From positions 372,682,001-372,746,000 of the forward strand of contig OZ024743.1 in assembly GCA_964016885.1 (NCBI GenBank): a stretch of DNA of 64,000 bases, given 5' to 3'. A program made the translations under genes and the position numbers. How positions within the stretch are numbered: position 1 is the first letter of the stretch; each line of letters starts with the position of its first letter. This document shows, piece after piece, positions 1 to 13,670 of the stretch. Origin of the DNA: Eledone cirrhosa (lineage: Eukaryota). The notes below the pieces were generated by a model. It did no database searches, was not told the DNA's origin, and worked only from the letters and a program-made list of their open reading frames with translations.

Positions 1-262
1 CTATGTCAATATATGTGTCAATAGCCTATGTCAATATATGTGCCAATAACCGATGTCGATATATATGTCAATATATACGTCAATAGCCCATGTCAAAATA
101 TGTGTCAATAGCCTATGTCAATATATGTGTCAATAGCCTATGTCAATATGCGTCAATAGCCTATGTCAATATGTATGTCAATAGCCAATGTCAATAGCTT
201 ATGTCAATAGCCTATGTCAATAGCCTATGTCAATATATATATGTCAATATATATGTCAATAG
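1..262. repeat. Degenerate minisatellite (tatgtcaata/gcc units)
   Basis: Repeated ctatgtcaatatatgtgtcaatagc. Confidence 0.9.
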
Positions 263-940
263 GTCTGTGTCATTAGATTATCTTTGTTAACAGGCTATAT
301 GTTATTATACAGGCCAATAGGCTATTATATGCCACTATACATGTCAATAGGCTATATGCCGTTATTTATGTCTATAACCTATATGATTGTATAAGTCAAT
401 AGACTATATGTCATTATACATTATATGTATATATGAAAAACAATGTTGTCTCTGATCGAGATGAAGCGAGAGTGTATTTAAATACATATAGAAATGAGAA
501 AACTTAACTCTAGAAAAGCCATTAAAACAGCTAAATGCTGCTAAAGACAGCATTTAGCAGAGGCATTTTTGCCCTTCGCTGTCCTGGATAGCATTTACCT
601 GGTTTAATGGCTGTTCTCGCGATGAGTTTTCTCATTTCTATATGTATATATATATAGAGAGATAGATAGATATATATCATCATCATCATCATCATCAACG
701 TTTTATGTCCATTTTCCACACTACCATGTAAATACATATACATGAATTTTAAGAGGATTATATACGTTCTTCTTAAATTGCCCATTCTTTTATAGAACAC
801 CTCCTTTAAATAATGGGAGAGAACTAAACTTTATAAATATGAATATTTATAAAATTTATTTTTTGAAACTGAAAATTTTCCACATTAAAATTTATTTCTA
901 ATTTTATTTTATTTATTGCCATTTTTTTCCTATATTCTAG

Positions 941-1456
941 TATCTTCAAACTGATTTTGAATCAGATACTTTCACCAATGACATCACACCAATTATATTA
1001 GCCGGTCACATCGATAACTATGAAATTATTAAAATGTTGCTTGACCGTGGTTACAGAATTCCAAGACCTCATGATCTCACTTGTCATTGTGATGACTGTC
1101 TCAAAGGAAGTACAGATGATGTGTTAGGCCATTCACGAGCCAGAATCAATGCATATCGGGCACTAGCAAGTCCTTCACTTATTGCTTTATCAAGTAAAGA
1201 TCCCATTCTTACAGCTTTCGAGTTGAGCTGGGAACTTCGGAACCTCAGTGAACTTGAGAATGAATTTAAAACTGAATATCAAGAACTGGGCAAAATCTGT
1301 CAGCAGTTTTCTGTTGATCTGCTCGATGAAATCCGTGGATCAAAAGAACTTGAAATTATTCTAAATCATGATTCACGATCCCCAGATGATGATCAATCTA
1401 AAGAAAACAAGAAATTAAATCGACTGAAACTTGCCATAAAATACAAACAGAAGAGG
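941..1456 (+). CDS. TRPC: TRPC-family channel, exon w1 (last ankyrin repeat, zinc-binding TRP_2 region, helical linker); gene begins upstream of the window
   Basis: Acceptor ttctag|TAT, donor AGG|gtaagg. Translates [100 protein letters not shown], a characteristic TRPC sequence. Confidence 0.95.
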
Positions 1457-2030
1457 GTAAGGTTGACTTTATTATTCTTATCTTCATTATTTAATTCAAG
1501 CAAAACTTGGGCAATTGTTAGAAGAATTTGGAAGGATTTAACTTTCTCAGTATTAAACTGGTGTTTGGAACATAACTTAAAAGTTCTTACATAAAGTTAG
1601 AATGGAAGGTTTTTAGATAAAAATAAACATGTTAAAGAAGAGGGCAAATTGTCAGAGTTATTAGAACATCAAGTCGAAGGCTTTGCAGTATTTATTCTGC
1701 TTCTTTGCACTCTGTGATCAACTTTGCTTTTTATCTTTTTGAAGTCAATAAAACAAGTACCAATCCTGTACTGGGGGGTCTATTTTCCTTCTATATCCCT
1801 CACCTCTCTCTCTCTCTCACATATATATAATATATATATATATTATAAGAGTCGGGACCCGATGGCTGAGCTCTTACCGTTTCAACAGATAGTCTATATA
1901 TACAAATATATATACAAATTTATATATATATATATATACATATAAGCAATGAATTATTTAATTTGTTGGTTATTCAACAAATTTAGTTTATAACAGATTA
2001 GAAGCACTCTACAATATTCTTCTGGAGTAT

Positions 2031-2303
2031 AATATCAATAATATTAATAAATGTAAACTATCTTTATAAAACCATATTTATTTTATTATATATATTTCAA
2101 GGGTACCAAATTTTTTGGTATGCTCTCGTCAGATAAAATACATAAGTTGTTTTACATATCTTGAATATGTCACTATCTGTAAAACAACTTTTGTATTTTA
2201 TCTGATGAGAGCGTACCAAAAATGTTGGTACCCTTAAAATATTTATAATAAAATAAATATGGTTTTATAAAGATAGTTTCTATTTATTAATATTATTGAT
2301 ATT
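2031..2303. repeat. Imperfect long inverted repeat, same family as 29571-29885
   Basis: Arms pair around a ~13-nt loop near 2160-2172 and share atattaataaatg..ataaaaccatatttattt with the 29.6 kb copy. Confidence 0.9.
2079..2140 (-). ncRNA. Minimal hammerhead ribozyme motif (same family as 29781)
   Basis: Minus strand reads tattttat CTGACGA gagcatacca..tggtaccctt GAA atatatat A ataaaata. The + arm copy (~2194-2256) has GAA changed to AAA. Confidence 0.62.
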
Positions 2304-2347
2304 TATATATACATTTTAAATATGTATATGTATATATATATGTGTGT

Positions 2348-2480
<133 letters not shown>

Positions 2481-2482
2481 CA

Positions 2483-2995
2483 TATATATAAAACTGAAAT
2501 TGTCTGTGTGTGTGTGTCCTAATTTTTGCAAAGTCTATACAAATCCCCATTTCTACTCCGATTGACTTCAAACTTGCATTTATATATTCCTTGCGGTCTA
2601 AAGATATTAACTGCAGCTTTTATTTTTCAATTTTCTGTTGTTAAAGGGGTTTTAGGCGCCGGTTAGCGATCTCACTCTCTTTCTTAGTCTCTCTTTTAAG
2701 ATAGATACATAGCTATAACGCCGTGCCCTTATAATATCTGTCTCTATGTCTGGCTGTCTGCATTACGACATTATGACAAAAATTGTTCTCATTGCTGACG
2801 TATTATCTTCGCTATTTTCCGTTCATTGCCAGGGAACGTCTTCACGAACCAAAGTATCATCTACCTGTTTTCCTTCAGTTGCCACGTTTTTCGAAATATT
2901 TACTTCTGCTTCTGCGTTGACAGATTGATTTTTTTTAGTTTCAGAAGATGCCGTTAAGGGTGAAAGCAGCGATTATTTGCTTAAACTTTAATCTG

Positions 2996-3034
<39 letters not shown>

Positions 3035-3932
3035 TATATTCGTGTACAGATATTTTTGCATACACAAAAACAAAATATAAACAAACTTATTTATTTCACG
3101 AAAGCACAGATGGCTTATCGTCATTGTTACTGCCGATATGCCACCCAAAAAGTCCCACTACTTTTGGCACAAGGCCAGCAATTACATAGTCAATGGTTCG
3201 GAAATCACATGCATTACTGACAAGTTTACTCCTTACTCTACCAGTTAGTCTTAGTGTACTTCGTCCTGCTTTTAGGTCATGCCTCAAAGGAAGAGATACT
3301 CCATTGGCCGAAATACTGCAAAAGCGGCAAGAAAAAGAACAAGGCAGGCAAACGAATCGTCAGTGGAATCTGCTATTCGACGGTCGCAAGATGCTGAACG
3401 TACTGCCACCAGAAGAGCACTTGAAACAGACAACCAACAAACCATTCGCCGAACCGTGTCAGCTTTGCAATGCCTATCAACAAATCCCAGGGTCAGACCC
3501 TAGCTGTTTGGAAGAGTCATGTTTTTCACACGGGCAACTATACGTTGGCTGCTCAAGAGAAGCAAGACAAATCTCTTTGCATATGCCCGACACGGAAGAA
3601 CAAGGAACATTGTGTACAAGGAGGTGCTACAATCATTGTTTAGGTAGACGAGGCAGAAGGGGATATACACAATTGGCTGAAGAAGGACAAGATTGTGTTA
3701 GTAGTACAACCAACGGCTGCTATCACACCAGCAAAACAACAACAAAAAAGAGAGGGAACGCAATTACATGTTTTTGAAAAATCTTGATGGAAAATTATTT
3801 GCCTAAGCACAAAATGTAGACACCATCCCCAAGCCGAGGTATTCCATACTTCTCTGTATTGTTTCAGAAAGGAGGGACAAACATGTCAATCTATGTTTAG
3901 AAGCCCGAGCAATGCCAGGCCATTCTGCTGGT
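2483..3932 (+). mobile_element. Internally deleted Helitron
   Basis: PIF1-helicase C-terminal motifs AMPINKSQGQTL, CFSHGQLYVGCSR and RNIVYKEVL (~3468-3630). Basic Rep-type N-terminus MPQRKRYSIGR (3279). 3' hairpin gcccgagcaatgccaggc followed by gctgg (CTAG-like). The 5' boundary is approximate. Confidence 0.78.
2937..2987 (+). ncRNA. Hammerhead-like motif with variant core CAGAAGA
   Basis: agttt CAGAAGA tgccgttaagggt GAA agca..tgct T aaact; second copy at 42706-42756 on the minus strand. Confidence 0.5.
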
Positions 3933-4427
3933 ATATATATATATATATATATAGCAATATCCATAGATATGTGAAAAGGAAAAAAGAAAGCAGCGTTAAA
4001 TCGGGAAGAGAGCTGAAATATTATATTATTTATTTATGTTCATACACGGAACAAAGGTGCTACCCATATATATATCATTATCACTGTTTAATGTCTATTT
4101 TCCATGCTTGCATTGGTAATATGGCTGTCATGTGGTGAGGCCTGACTGGTCATGTGACTAAGTCTGGTGACTAGGTCAGGGCACTAGGTTAGGTCACTAG
4201 ATCAGGTGACTAGGTCTTACTTATATATCTTGTTATGGCTTAGGTTCTCTGGCTAGATGCCCTTCCTAACACCAACCACTTTGCAGCACATACCGGGAGC
4301 ATTTATTTTATCGACCCCGTAAGGATGAAAGGCAAAGTTAACCTCGGCGGGATTTGAATTGGTATAATAATAATGAAGTAAATGACAATAAGGTTATACT
4401 TTAAACAAAGTTTTAGAATTGAAATAG

Positions 4428-4628
4428 AAATAGAAGCTTTGCTGTAACATTGACTATATAATATAGCCTAATAATGGGGTGTATAAACCCACTGAATAGA
4501 AAAAGATAGGTATCAGCACACATGAGTACAGATATTGTGAGCTGATACGATACCCACCTTTTTCCGTTCAGTGGGTTTATACACCCCATTATTAGACTAT
4601 ATTATGTAGTCAATGTTACAGTAAAGCT

Positions 4629-4635
<7 letters not shown>
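4428..4635. repeat. Inverted repeat next to (TA)n
   Basis: aaatagaagcttt..taataatggggtgtataaacccactgaa / ttcagtgggtttatacaccccattatta..aaagcttctattt. Confidence 0.9.
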
Positions 4636-4682
<47 letters not shown>

Positions 4683-4873
4683 CATAGAGGTAAAAGGATG
4701 ATTAACATGGATAAGCGATATAATAGGGTTTTAATCATCTTTTTACCTGTTATTACTACTCCAAGAACTGTTTCATCTTCTACTGACTGCCCCAATCCAT
4801 CATACTAATTCAACCTGATAATAAAACTTTATTTTATTTTGTTTCTAATAAGTTTTTCTAATTTCCTTTTCAG

Positions 4874-5108
4874 TTTGTTTCTCATCCAAATTGTCAACAG
4901 TTACTAGCATCGAAATGGTACGAAGGATTAGGCAACTTCCGACGAAAGCCTGCCATTAAACAACTCACAATTGCCTTATCAGTCTGTTTCCTCTTCCCAG
5001 TACTTAGTGTAATCTATATGGTTGCTCCTCATAGTAAATTTGGTAAACTCTGCCGGAAACCTTTTATTAAATTTTTACTTCATGCCTCATCTTATATAAG
5101 TTTCTTAG
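4874..5108 (+). CDS. TRPC: TRPC exon w2 (pre-S1 elbow and start of S1)
   Basis: tttcag|TTT ... TTAG|gtaagt. Translates FVSHPNCQQLLASKWYEGLGNFRRK..KPFIKFLLHASSYISFL. Phase 0 to 1. Not in the ORF track. Confidence 0.95.
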
Positions 5109-5863
5109 GTAAGTATGTTTCATTTAATACATTTTTCTATTTAAAATGAATTTGATATTCATGGGCATGTGGTTAGAATGTCTCAGGAAAGAACCACAAA
5201 AATGTGGTTGGTGTAAGGATGAGCATCCAGTTGTAGAAACCAAGCCAAAATCAGTTCCGTATGAGCCATAATCACTTGACCTGGCATTTCTCACAAAAGG
5301 ACAACTTTTCTAACCTATGTTAGCATGGAAAAATGGGCATTAAACTGTAATGATGATATATACACAACAGGCTTCCCACACAGTCACCATCAATGAAATT
5401 TCACTCTCATTGCTCAGCCGAGACTGTAGTAGAAGTCACTTGACTATGATGCCATACAGTGGAACTGAACCTGAAAAACCATGTGGTTGCAAAACCAACT
5501 TTTTTATTCTCACAGTATACATGTTACTATAAACAGATTACTAATGTATCTATTCTTAAACATGCACTGGATATCTAGTTTTAACATTCCAGCAAATTCT
5601 TGGTTGATGATTTCATGTTAATGGAACCGTGGATCCTCTAAACTAAAAGAAAACCTGAAATATAAGCTAAAATTATTTTAGTTTATTTTTTTGCTTGTTT
5701 TCTTTTTGCTGTTTGTTTGTTGTTTTTGTTGGATTATTTTCTCTGAATAAGTAAAACAATCTCTACACCTCTAAATCTTTCAGAAATTATCTAGAATCAA
5801 GGCATAAAATGTTTGACGAAAGCTTTTAAATACTTGATAATATATAATATTTTAATATAATGA

Positions 5864-6578
5864 TAATAATTGTTTCTACTTTTGGCACAAAGCCAGCAAT
5901 TATCCCAGTGTATTACTGGTACTTTATTTTTTCGACCCCCGTAAGGATGAAAGGCAAAGTTAACCTCGGCGGGATTTGAACTCAGACCATAAAGGGCCGT
6001 AACTCTTTGCGTCAAAGCATGGCATCCGATCCTCTACCGATACTGCAATGATAATTGTTTCTACTTTTGGCACAAGGCCAGCAATTATCCCAGTGCATTA
6101 CTGGTACTTTATTTTATCTACTCCATAAGGATGAAAGGCAAAGTTAACCTCAGCGGATTTTTAACTCAGGCTGTAAAGGGCCGTAACTCTATGTTCAAAG
6201 CATCTACTGATACTACCAATCCACCACCCCAACGATAATAATAATAATATGTATTCTACTACTACTATTTTATTTCTACTACTATTAATATTACTACTAC
6301 TAATAATAATAATAATGGTTTCTGATGTAGGCACAAGGCCAACAATTTTGAGAGAAGGGGAAGTCGATTAAATTGACCCCTGTGCATTACTGGTACTTTA
6401 TTTTATCAATCCCATAAGGATGATGATAGTCATGTAAAACACATAGCATTTACTTGCAGGCTGTTTACTTGCAAACAAATTTAATATTAATAATTGTTTC
6501 TACTTTTGGCACAAGGCCAGCAATTACCCAGTACATTACTGGTACTTTATTTTATCGACCCCGTAAGGATGAAAGGCA
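5864..6578 (-). mobile_element. Tandem cluster of four SINE family B copies or fragments
   Basis: Repeated aattgtttctacttttggcacaaggccagcaatt..actggtactttattttatcgaccccgtaaggatgaaaggcaaa units. Confidence 0.85.
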
Positions 6579-6711
6579 AAATATTAATAATGTTATTATA
6601 ATATTATTATTATTTTATATAAAACTCCCAAATGCATTTTTCTCATTGTTTTTCTATAAATTTATATATGTCATTAAATAGTTTCTTTTTCTTTTTACTT
6701 TATCATTTTAG

Positions 6712-6846
6712 GTCTCCTCATCATGGTTTCTCAAAGAATAGAGAATCCATTATTTTTCCTGTTTCCATTTCAAGAAACAAAAAAGAAAGAGTTGAGAGGA
6801 AAACCTGCCACTATAGTAGAAATGATGATTCTATCCTATGTTGTTG
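6712..6846 (+). CDS. TRPC: TRPC exon w3 (S1 end to S2 start)
   Basis: ttttag|GT ... GTTG|gtaaat. Translates (G)LLIMVSQRIENPLFFLFPFQETKKKELRGKPATIVEMMILSYVV. Phase 1 to 1, in frame with neighbours. Confidence 0.9.
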
Positions 6847-6885
6847 GTAAATTATTTTATATTCCTTTGGTTGTTTAAATATATA

Positions 6886-7042
6886 CAGTGAAATTCCATT
6901 ATAACGAAATTCATGGGGTACGAAAAATTCTTTATAAAGAGATCGACTTAATACATCAAGTGTGTGGCCTGTGATTGAAAAAAATTTCGTTATACTGAAA
7001 AATTTGTTATAATGGTATTCGTTATAACAGAATTTTTACCTG
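6886..7042. mobile_element. Tc1/mariner-pogo type MITE, TA-flanked
   Basis: ta|cagtgaaattccattataacgaa ... ttcgttataacagaatttttacctg|ta, with internal ttcgttata repeats. Confidence 0.65.
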
Positions 7043-7307
7043 TATTTATGTTAATTATGATTATGGTTGGTGATGTCAGAAAATAATCAAATGTTTTCAT
7101 CATAATTTGATCATCATCATCCTCATCATTATCATCATTAAGATCATCATCATCATCATTATCATCATCATCATCATCATTATTATTATCGTCGTTTTAA
7201 CATCCGCCTTCCTTGCTAGCAAGGGATGGATGGGTCTACATAGACCAAGTCAATACTCAAGAAAAGCTACTGACCTCCCAGACAGGCCAGAGATTGGCAT
7301 TTCACTT

Positions 7308-8107
7308 ATGCACAGTCTCTCATGCTACAGAGTTCACAGGAAAGATGCACAGTCTCTCATGCTACAGAGTTCACAGGAAAGATGCACAGTCTCTCATGCT
7401 ACAGAGTTCACAGGAAAGATGCATCAGTCTCTCATGCTACAGAGTTCACAGGAAAGATGCATCAGTCTCTCATGCTACAGAGTTCACAGGAAAGATGCAT
7501 CAGTCTCTCATGCTACAGAGTTCACAGGAAAGATGCATCAGTCTCTCATGCTACAGAGTTCACAGGAAAGATGCATCAGTCTCTCATGCTACAGAGTTCA
7601 CAGGAAAGATGCACAGTCTCTCATGCTACAGAGTTCACAGGAAAGATGCATCAGTCTCTCATGCTACAGAGTTCACAGGAAAGATGCATCAGTCTCTCAT
7701 GCTACAGAGTTCACAGGAAAGATGCATCAGTCTCTCATGCTACAGAGTTCACAGGAAAGATGCATCAGTCTCTCATGCTACAGAGTTCACAGGAAAGATG
7801 CATCAGTCTCTCATGCTACAGAGTTCACAGGAAAGATGCATCAGTCTCTCATGCTACAGAGTTCACAGGAAAGATGCATCAGTCTCTCATGCTACAGAGT
7901 TCACAGGAAAGATGCATCAGTCTCTCATGCTACAGAGTTCACAGGAAAGATGCATCAGTCTCTCATGCTACAGAGTTCACAGGAAAGATGCATCAGGCTC
8001 TCATGCTACAGAGTTCACAGGAAAGATGCATCAGTCTCTCATGCTACAGAGTTCACAGGAAAGATGCACAGTCTCTCATGCTACAGAGTTCACAGGAAAG
8101 ATGCATC
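7308..8107. repeat. 38-bp minisatellite, ~21 copies
   Basis: Unit atgcatcagtctctcatgctacagagttcacaggaaag with 37-bp variants. Explains the three overlapping repetitive ORFs. Confidence 0.97.
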
Positions 8108-8737
8108 AAGTGCGTCAACCCTTGTTTTGTAAGCTTTCTACAGCCAGATACCCTTCCTATCACCAATCACTTTACAGCATATACCAAGTGCATTTATTGT
8201 GTAGATCACCAACATCACCAACGCTAGGGAAGCCATCATGTTCTTTATATGACTGAAGGGTCCTCCTGATCCTTTGTTTGGCAAGCTTTCTACAACTGGA
8301 TGCTTTCCTATCACTAACCACTTTACAGAGTGTACTGGGTGTATTTACTGTGTAAATCCCAAACATTAATTACTTTGTGGATTGGCACCGGACAAATATT
8401 TAGCAGTATTTGTTTCTGGTTAAAAGTCTAGCAAAGTCAACTTTATCATTCATCCTTCTAAAGTTAATAAACTAACGTACCAGTAAAGTACTGGGGTTGA
8501 TATAATCGACTTTCCCCTTTCCACACAATTGCTGGCTTTGTGCCTAAATTAGAAATCATCATCAGTGACATCACCATCATCATCACCATCATAATCATCA
8601 GCAACATCATCATCATCATCATCAGCAACGTCACCATCATCATCATCAGTGACATCACCATCATCACCATCAGCGACATCACCATCATCATCATCATTAT
8701 TGTTGTTGTTGTTATATTTATTATTTCCTACTTTCAG

Positions 8738-8877
8738 GTTTAATATGGTCTGAGATAAAACAAATATGGATGCAGGGAGCCCTAGAGTACATCCATGATA
8801 TGTGGAACATATTGGATTTTGTCACCAATTCCCTCTACATGGCCACATTTACACTACGTCTTCTGGCTTTCATTGAA
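8738..8877 (+). CDS. TRPC: TRPC exon w4 (S2-S3)
   Basis: tttcag|GT ... GAA|gtaaat. Translates (G)LIWSEIKQIWMQGALEYIHDMWNILDFVTNSLYMATFTLRLLAFIE. Phase 1 to 0. Confidence 0.95.
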
Positions 8878-8909
8878 GTAAATAAGCATTTGATATTATT
8901 ATTGTATAA

Positions 8910-9082
8910 TGGCAGTATCGGTAGAGGGTCGGACGCCATGCTTTGATGCATAGAGTTACGGCCCTTTCCATTCTGAGTTCAAATCCCGCCGAGTGCCTTT
9001 CATCCTTACGGGGTCGATAAAATAAAGTACCAGTAATGCACTGGGTAATTGCTGGCCTTGTGCCAAAAGTAGAAACAATTAT
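8910..9082 (+). mobile_element. SINE family B copy, 30 nt downstream of exon w4
   Basis: Same head, core and tail as 50472-50660. Confidence 0.85.
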
Positions 9083-9251
9083 TGTATATCATCATCATCG
9101 TTTAATGTCCAATTTCCACGTTAGTATGGGTTAGACGAGTTGTCCTATTTGAGGCAAGTTGAGGTCAGATGATCATGTTTTGCTCATACTGAACCGATTT
9201 GGGCTTGGTTTCTACGGCTGGATGCCCTTCCTAATGCCAACCACATTTACA

Positions 9252-9284
<33 letters not shown>

Positions 9285-9288
<4 letters not shown>

Positions 9289-9618
9289 CATCATCATCAT
9301 CATTTTATGTTCGCTTTTCCCTGCTTGCAAGGGTGGGACGGGAACTGATTCTGGCTTGATTTCTACAGCTGGATGCCCTTTCTAACACCAACCTCATTTA
9401 CAGTGAGCGCTGGGTGCTTTTTTTTCCATGACGCCTACACGTCCACTTTACAGTGTGGGCTGGGTGCTTTTTCTTTTTGCCGTGGCACTTCCACGACCAG
9501 TTTGCAGTGGAATGATAGGGACCTCAGTCCTATCATCTCATTTCTACAGCTGAGTAAAATGGAGCAATGTGAAATAAAGTTTCTTGCTCAAGGAAACAAC
9601 ACATCACCCAGTCTGAGA
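9285..9618 (-). mobile_element. SINE family A copy
   Basis: Reverse complement of 15204-15532 with a small internal duplication. Confidence 0.85.
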
Positions 9619-10310
9619 TTGAACTCACAACCTTTCGATTGCAAGCCCAATGCTCTAACCACTAAGCCATGTGCCTCCATTATACATATATATATATATA
9701 TATATTTTTTTTTTATGCAAGTTTCTACATCACCAAGTGCATCTTTGTGTTCCTAAAATGTGTACAGAACTGCATATTATTAGTTTTTGTGGGTGGATAT
9801 AGACTCTCCCTGTTAGTGTATTGCATCAGTCTTGTTTCTAGGCAAAAAACAGACAATAATTGGCAATACATGTGTGTGTTGAGGTTCTCTCTCTTTCACT
9901 CACTGTTTCCATCTCTCTCACTCTCCCCATCTCTCACTATTATAAGCAAATAGGAGCCTACATGCTGGTCACCCCATGACCCCTGTTACAGAGTTTAGCT
10001 TATGTGTTTGATTTTTTCCTGGTGTTATTTTAGTGTTTATTCCACTGAAAGGTGTATGTGTAATGTGAGTTGTGTTATTTTATTGAGCAGTGAATAGTTC
10101 TGTATATGTTGCGTACTTAATGTTATATGTCTCAGTGTTGAGTGTGGAGGGTGTGTAGTGAGTGTAGTTTGTGCAGTGTGTGCAGCATTAATGTATTGCA
10201 TCTGATTGTGTGACTTATTGGTGTTTCAGTGTCAGATATCGGTTTTGTAAGAGTATGAATTATGATGTTTTATTAGATGCTAATCCTGTAGAGTTATGCT
10301 GTGTTATTCT

Positions 10311-10342
<32 letters not shown>

Positions 10343-10354
10343 TATTATTATTAT

Positions 10355-10392
<38 letters not shown>

Positions 10393-10602
10393 TTATTATT
10401 ATTACTATAACTATTACCCTACTTCATAGTTGAAATATATTAACCACTTATATCATATATTCATGCTAGTAGGTGCAAATTTTACTCCGTATTAATAATT
10501 GCAATTAGATTTCTAAGAAAAACCTGTATTTCCCCCGAGTCTAAAATTTCAAATATAAGAAATTCATATTTACATAACCTATCCTACTCTACCATTTTGT
10601 CC

Positions 10603-10727
<125 letters not shown>

Positions 10728-11387
10728 TATACATATATATCCAACCTATTGCAAGCATGGGAAAACAAACATAAAATATAAAATGCTGATGATGATGATA
10801 TGTGTGTGTATATGATATATATATGTAACCTGGGCATAGGTGATAAGGAATTGATGATTTCAAAATACACGTATACACTGCTCCTAGCCTTATACTGAGG
10901 TAGCTGTGATATGATCTTATCTTAAAATACTTGCAGACTAAATCTAAATGTATATTTATTATCCATAAATATATTCTATATGACTGCAAATACAACTTTA
11001 TATACTCTATTTGATGGCTTATATGACGCACCTCATTTTGGGCAAACATATAAAAAAATAAATAAATGAGTTTAAACTACGACTGTTTCATTCGTATTAA
11101 ACAGTTCTAGTCCTGTAGAAGCCATATATATATATGTATATATATATTTAAATTTCTTTCATCATCATCATTATCTTTTAATATTTTCCACACTAGCATA
11201 GGTTAGACAGGTAATCCCGTTTGAGGCAAGTTGGGTCAGGTGACCATATCTTGCTCATGCAGAACTGTTTCTGGCTTACTTTCTATGGCTGGATGCTCTT
11301 CCTAACACTAACGACATTTACAGTGTGTACTGGGTGCTGTTTGTCGTGACTCCTACATGACCTCTTTACAGTTTTATATATATTGGG

Positions 11388-11443
<56 letters not shown>

Positions 11444-11448
<5 letters not shown>

Positions 11449-11529
11449 AAAATGTTTGACCCCAACGGCAGAACTCAAGCCGTTTCGAAACAGCTTGAGC
11501 TCTGCTGTCGGGGTCAAACATTTTCCTAT
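11444..11529. repeat. Palindrome within a (TA)n-flanked element (family also at 15980-16178 and 1850-1890)
   Basis: ataggaaaatgtttgacccc..gtttcgaaac..ggggtcaaacattttcctat. The flank 11530-11607 is the reverse complement of 15980-16062. Confidence 0.88.
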
Positions 11530-11605
11530 TACCCACTCTACTCCCCTAAGTATTGAGTACTCTGGTGCGTTATGATCCATCTGGTTCCTTACCACACCTC
11601 CTTCG

Positions 11606-11668
<63 letters not shown>

Positions 11669-11804
11669 GACTAGCATCCAAAATTAAGAGTCTTTTCCTA
11701 CTATATCAAGCGCAAAACTAATAATATATTTATTCATTGTACTGTGTCATTTGCTTTCTTATTTCTGTTTGGCTTTTATATTATATCTTTAATATCTATT
11801 ACAG

Positions 11805-12154
11805 GTATATAATGAAAGAGCTGCACATAACCCATATGCTTTTGAAGAACGCAAACATTGGGATGCTTATGATCCAAACCTTATTGCCGAAGCTTTGTTT
11901 GCTGGTGCTAATATCTTCAGCTCCTTGAAGTTAATTTATATTTTCACGATAAATCCCCACCTGGGACCACTACAGATCTCCTTGGGGCGTATGGTTGCAG
12001 ATATTGTCAAATTTATATCAGTATATTTCCTCGTACTCTTCTCCTTTGCCTGTGGCTTGAACCATCTTTACTGGTACTACGCTGCACTCCGCGCAGAAGA
12101 ATGTGAAGCAGGAATTACACATTCATGTGATATCAAATACAGAAGTTTTGCAAA
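11805..12154 (+). CDS. TRPC: TRPC exon w5 (S4, S4-S5 linker, S5, extracellular Cys pair)
   Basis: ttacag|GTA ... GCAAA|gtaagt. Translates [86 protein letters not shown]......SC..YRSFA. Ends in phase 2. Confidence 0.95.
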
Positions 12155-13418
12155 GTAAGTATTTATTACCATTTAATTAATTAATATTACTATTAATTAA
12201 TATTATTGATTTCTAATTTTTTATGGGCTTCCTTGGCTTTAGTTAGTCTCAAGTTGCAGATAACTAGATGGGGATCAGGTGACAGCTCAGCCCCTCTCTT
12301 AACACTAACATCCAGCACAGAATCAAAGAGATCAGAGACAATTATAAAATAAATTATTGATCTCTGCCCCTGATTCCCCTTATCCCTTTAACATTTACAT
12401 TACTTTATATTTACTTTTGTTTTTCGCATTTTGATGTTATTTATTCTGAGAAGAATACCTTAACATCAGTATCAGCTGCCAGTTACAGCCGGTTTCAACA
12501 GAAAGAGGTGAGAGGATTCTGGTCGGATACGGCCGATTTAAAAGTTAAGGGGTTATACCATGTGTTTCTGTGCTGGAAGAAGGTGTTCATAATAGAGAGT
12601 CCATTGCTAGAATAGAAGTCTAGTAGGACCTTTCCATTTGTATTTAGATCAGGGTGGCCATTCCTTCCAAACACTCCTTTGTATGTCAGGTGGTCAGTAC
12701 CAACATGTGCATTGAAGTCTCAGGATAAATGACTCAGTTTTGCACAAGACCAGTAATTTTGGCAGGAAGGGAAAGATGATTATATCAAGTACTTGACTGG
12801 TACTTTATTATATCAGCCTTGGAAAGGTGAATGGTAAAGTTGACTTTGCCAAGATTTAAACTCATAATATAAAGGGCCGTAACTAAATCCTCCATAGAAA
12901 TTTGTCTGGTGCTTTACTGATTCTACCAACATGCCACCCTTAATGATTTCTGATTTAGGCATAAGGCTAACAACATGGGTGAGGGGAAAGTTGATTATAC
13001 TAGTATTTTACTGCTACTTTATTTTATTTGATCTTTGAAGGATGAATGGCAAAGTTAACTTTGCTGGAATCTGAATTCACCTTGGGGACAATTTCTTTGA
13101 AGTCCTATGGATCTGTGTTCGATCTGACAGCATCTTGGGGACAATGTCTTTGTAGCCATATAGTTCTGTGCTCAATCTGACAGAACAGCATCTTGGGGAC
13201 AATGTCGTGATAGTCATATGGTCCTGTGTTTGATCTGACAGCACAACATCTTGGGAAATTGTCTTCCATCATAGCTGTGGGTTGGTCAATTCTTTGAAAT
13301 GGAATAAAATAGGAGAAAACTGGCAAATTTGATCATTTTTAAACAATTTTTGTTTTGTTTTAAATGTAACAAAATCACACTTCTGTTACAGTTTATTTTC
13401 TCATCTAACAAATGTTAA

Positions 13419-13583
13419 GTTCTTCTTCTTCTTCTTCTTCTTCTTCTTCTTCTTCTTCTTCTTCTCCTTCTTCTCCTTCTTCTTCTCCTTCTTCTCCTTC
13501 TTCTTCTCCTCCTCCTCCTCCTCCTCCTCCTCCTTCTTCTTCTTCTTCTTCTTCTTCTTCTTCTGCTACTACTACTTCTTTTT

Positions 13584-13670
<87 letters not shown>

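Noticed and set aside
7107-8256. Three overlapping 300-347 aa ORFs, and a CRISPR-like look
   Set aside because: Head-to-tail 38-bp minisatellite with no unique spacers, in eukaryotic intron context with no cas genes.
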